In this document: piece by piece, positions 62,001 to 64,000 of the stretch
How the letters are laid out: every line of letters starts with the position of its first letter
How positions within the stretch are numbered: the stretch's first letter is position 1
Origin: Setoptus koraiensis
Taxonomy: Eukaryota > Animalia > Arthropoda
Reading direction: 5' to 3'
NCBI GenBank assembly: GCA_048013815.1
Contig: CM106586.1
Span: forward strand, 22,754,001-22,818,000
DNA: 64,000 bases
Notes under the pieces: generated by a model
Databases searched by the model: none
Told to the model about the DNA's origin: nothing
Seen by the model: only the letters and a program-made list of their open reading frames with translations
Program-made: the position numbers and the translations under genes

Positions 62001-63000
62001 TCCCCCACCGCCACCACCTCCACCAAGTACTACACCCGCTCCTCCACCGCCACCACCTCCTCCACCAAGCACGACACCGGCACCTCCACCGCCACCACCA
62101 CCAAGTACAACTCCGGCTCCACCACCACCTCCTCCTCCACCAAGTACTACACCAGCGCCTCCACCACCTCCACCAAGTACTACACCGGCTCCCCCACCAC
62201 CACCACCTCCGACTACAACACCGGCGCCGCCACCTCCTCCACCGCCGTCCACAACGCCGGCACCTCCACCACCTCCACCAAGTACGACACCAGCGCCTCC
62301 ACCACCACCACCTCCGACTACAACACCGGCGCCGCCACCTCCTCCACCGCCGTCCACAACGCCGGCACCTCCACCTCCTCCACCACCAAGTACGACACCG
62401 GCACCTCCACCACCTCCACCCGATACAACTCCTGCTCCACCACCACCACCCACTACGACACCAGCACCTGCTCCTCCACCAGATGGTGGAAAAGCTTCAA
62501 AGGAGAGTTACGAGAAGACCATAGTCACAATGAGTTCCGTTACTGATTTACTGGCCGAGGCGCACAAGGAGATGCAGAAGAGCAAAGATGAAATGGATCT
62601 AAGTAAAGTTGTGAAATTATTAGCACTTGCGGGCAAAGAATCCAAAACTATTGACGCGGAAGTAGCTAAGGAGACCGGATGTGCAGATGCGGTTAAATTT
62701 ATGGTTGACTCACTAGACAAATTCGTCGCTATGGACGCGTCAGGTGAATTCGACAGTGAGGCCGCGCTCTCTGCAAACTTGCAAAAAGAATTTGATAGCA
62801 TCACCAAGATAGTATCAGCTTATAGTTCAACTTTCGAAGAAGAAGTGATCAAATACCAATCGCATAAATTCCCGCCAGAAAAGTCTGGACCACCGCCAAC
62901 TACCCCAGCTCCACCGCCTCCGCCGGCCAAGGCCGCTGCAGAAGGAGAGAATACGGTTGAAGTTGAGGAGAAGTACACCATCGAAGTAGAATACAGATGA
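59011..63000 (+). CDS. Secreted 1329-aa proline/threonine-rich repetitive protein ([S/T/D]TTPA-Pro4-9 repeats) with non-repetitive termini
   Basis: Single uninterrupted 3990-nt ORF; hydrophobic VASFCILLLSCQLG signal-like segment; Pro codons vary at third positions while the frame is kept; two His-rich spacers. Confidence 0.88.
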   Translation: MVEHNSKRLRYNRQVASFCILLLSCQLGPSKSCGVLDAKAKAEKAAAIEIFTQVISTFECMCSFVFTKIAEGAVLLDIDVGSMLMGMDAKVESGGPPPPPPSTTPAPPPPPSTTPGPPPPPPPSTTPAPPPPPPPPPSTTPAPPPPPPPSTTPAPPPPPPPPSTTPAPPPPPPSTTPAPPPPPPPPSTTPAPPPPPPSTTPAPPPPPPPPSTTPAPPPPPPPSTTPAPPPPPPPTTTPAPPPPPPPSTTPAPPPPPPSTTPAPPPPPPPPSTTPAPPPPPPSTTPAPPPPPPPPTTTPAPPPPPPDTTPAPPPPPPPSTTPAPPPPPPPTTTPAPPPPPPPSTTPAPPPPPPPSTTPAPPPPPPPPSTTPAPPPPPPSTTPAPPPPPPPTTTPAPPPPPPPPSTTPAPPPPPPDTTPAPPPPPPPSTTPAPPPPPPPPSTTPAPPPPPPTTTPAPPPPPPSGSEEGKEEEEEIVIIVEKGHHGAKKVEKHGHKPPPPPDTTPAPPPPPPPPTTTPAPPPPPPPSTTPAPPPPPPPSTTPAPPPPPPPPSTTPAPPPPPPPPTTTPAPPPPPPTTTPAPPAPPPDTTPAPPPPPPPSTTPAPPPPPPPPTTTPAPPPPPPPPPPSTTPAPPPPPPSTTPAPPPPPPPPPSTTPAPPPPPPPPTTTPAPPPPPPPPPPSTTPAPPPPPPSTTPAPPPPPPPPSTTPAPPPPPPPSTTPAPPPPPPPPTTTPAPPPPPPPPPPSTTPAPPPPEGCADEGEIVIIVEGGHHGAKKVEKHGHKPPPPPSTTPAPPPPPPSTTPAPPPPPPPTTTPAPPPPPPPPTTTPAPPPPPPPPSTTPAPPPPPPDTTPAPPPPPPPSTTPAPPPPPPSTTPAPPPPPPPTTTPAPPPPPPPPSTTPAPPPPPPPSTTPAPPPPPPPPPSTTPAPPPPPPPPPTTTPAPPPPPPPPSTTPAPPPPPPSTTPAPPPPPPPPSTTPAPPPPPPSTTPAPPPPPPPTTTPAPPPPPPPPPSTTPAPPPPPPPPPSTTPAPPPPPPPSTTPAPPPPPPPPSTTPAPPPPPPSTTPAPPPPPPPTTTPAPPPPPPPSTTPAPPPPPPSTTPAPPPPPPPTTTPAPPPPPPPSTTPAPPPPPPPSTTPAPPPPPPDTTPAPPPPPTTTPAPAPPPDGGKASKESYEKTIVTMSSVTDLLAEAHKEMQKSKDEMDLSKVVKLLALAGKESKTIDAEVAKETGCADAVKFMVDSLDKFVAMDASGEFDSEAALSANLQKEFDSITKIVSAYSSTFEEEVIKYQSHKFPPEKSGPPPTTPAPPPPPAKAAAEGENTVEVEEKYTIEVEYR

Positions 63001-64000
63001 TACGCTTAGAACAACTCGTAAGTGTAGCCCAAAATAAGTCTTACTAGACAGATGATAAAATTCGAGATGATACTATGCTAGATGTGTTCTGTCCAACGGA
63101 GTGTCCCCCGTCATTTTTCTGTAAATCGCCACCAATGTTATCACATATCTTACCTGGTCGTATTCCATTTATCAAGTAGCCATAACGTCGCCGCATTAGA
63201 ATCAATAACAAAATGAATAAAATTTAGCATTTGAATTAAATTGACAAATCTTGTTCTGTGAGTGAATTGCGGCATGCGTAATATATTAACTAAAGCTGCT
63301 GATGAGTCCACCATTATCAGTCTGCGGTCGCTACTCGAGAACGGTCGTGTCAGCTCAACTGACAGCCAGTGGAAAGAGACGCTGTCATAGCCAGAATTGT
63401 CTGGACATGCACCTCTGCTGATGAACACAACTGACCGTATCATGACCACTAACCTGTCACATCCGACAGCATAGTCGGGCAAAACAACGTGTACAGACAC
63501 ATTTATATATAGACTATTTGTTTCTGTTTGTGTGCTCGAATTCAATAAATCCGCTTCCGATCGTCATGTTTGCAAGCTGCATGTCGAGCTGATACCAATT
63601 CGATAGTTATGCTCTTGTATTGTGAATGGATGCAATACTGTTGCGCATGGATGGCAGAAACAACAATAAACAATGACAGTGGCAACGTCATTTGTTGCAA
63701 AGAGACAGCCCAAAGAGTCTGTCAATGAGAGAGTCGAGTGTCGTCCAAAGTGACAGCGAAAGAGTTTTTCATGACGACATAATAATCATGTGAGCGGCTT
63801 TGTGAGTTGCTTAGCGAGCTTTACTTGAGTCCCTGTTGAGCACAAGTTGTGAGTTGTGACTCATTAGTTGCATCAGCTTGCAAAGTCTCTGTGATCAGTT
63901 CAGATATAGTTCGAGGAGGAATATAAACAACAGCTAACAAAGAGAGTGGTAGCAGACTCATGACGGAAGTGTCAGCGATAAAGCATGTAAAAGTTTAAAA

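Noticed and set aside
59166-62524. Long Gly/Val-, Trp/Arg- and His/Leu-rich ORFs overlapping the proline-rich gene
   Set aside because: Shadow frames of CCN-rich repeats; only the + 59011 frame has a signal peptide and non-repetitive termini.
63150-63545. 131-aa minus-strand ORF ending at a CAG|GTAAGA donor-like site
   Set aside because: No recognisable motif; may be UTR or part of a gene beyond the window.

Overview
Eukaryotic (animal) genomic DNA. The RR cuticle protein, Dmrt gene, very compact intergenics and many intron-less housekeeping genes suggest a chelicerate, most plausibly a small-genome acariform mite such as an eriophyoid (inference, not verified). Layout: (1) 1-3306 aperiodic A/C-only tract, then a 500-N scaffold gap. 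(2) 3.8-18.3 kb tightly packed genes: TRMT10C-like, a stand-alone OMP decarboxylase, NTMT1, RR cuticle protein, CUB-type secreted protein, PAIP1, COPZ, DDX19, plus a ~320-nt rod-folding non-coding segment at 6410-6726. (3) 18.5-38.9 kb gene desert rich in micro/minisatellites, octamer and GGGCCC motifs, upstream of (4) a doublesex/mab-3-family gene with two DM domains (38.9-42.7 kb). (5) 44.4-53.5 kb accessory block: an inverted pair of S1 serine proteases with ~100-aa internal insertions, a MITE, and a TFIIB/YIF1/ALDH6A1 fragment mosaic. (6) A signal-peptide-bearing puromycin-sensitive aminopeptidase-like gene and (7) a 1329-aa secreted TTPA-polyproline block protein. Best leads: the rod-like RNA, the splice-dependent one-DM/two-DM Dmrt gene with DM-site-like repeats in its own intron, the polyproline block protein, and the insert-bearing proteases. 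All splice models, counts and pairings were read by eye; no database searches were run.
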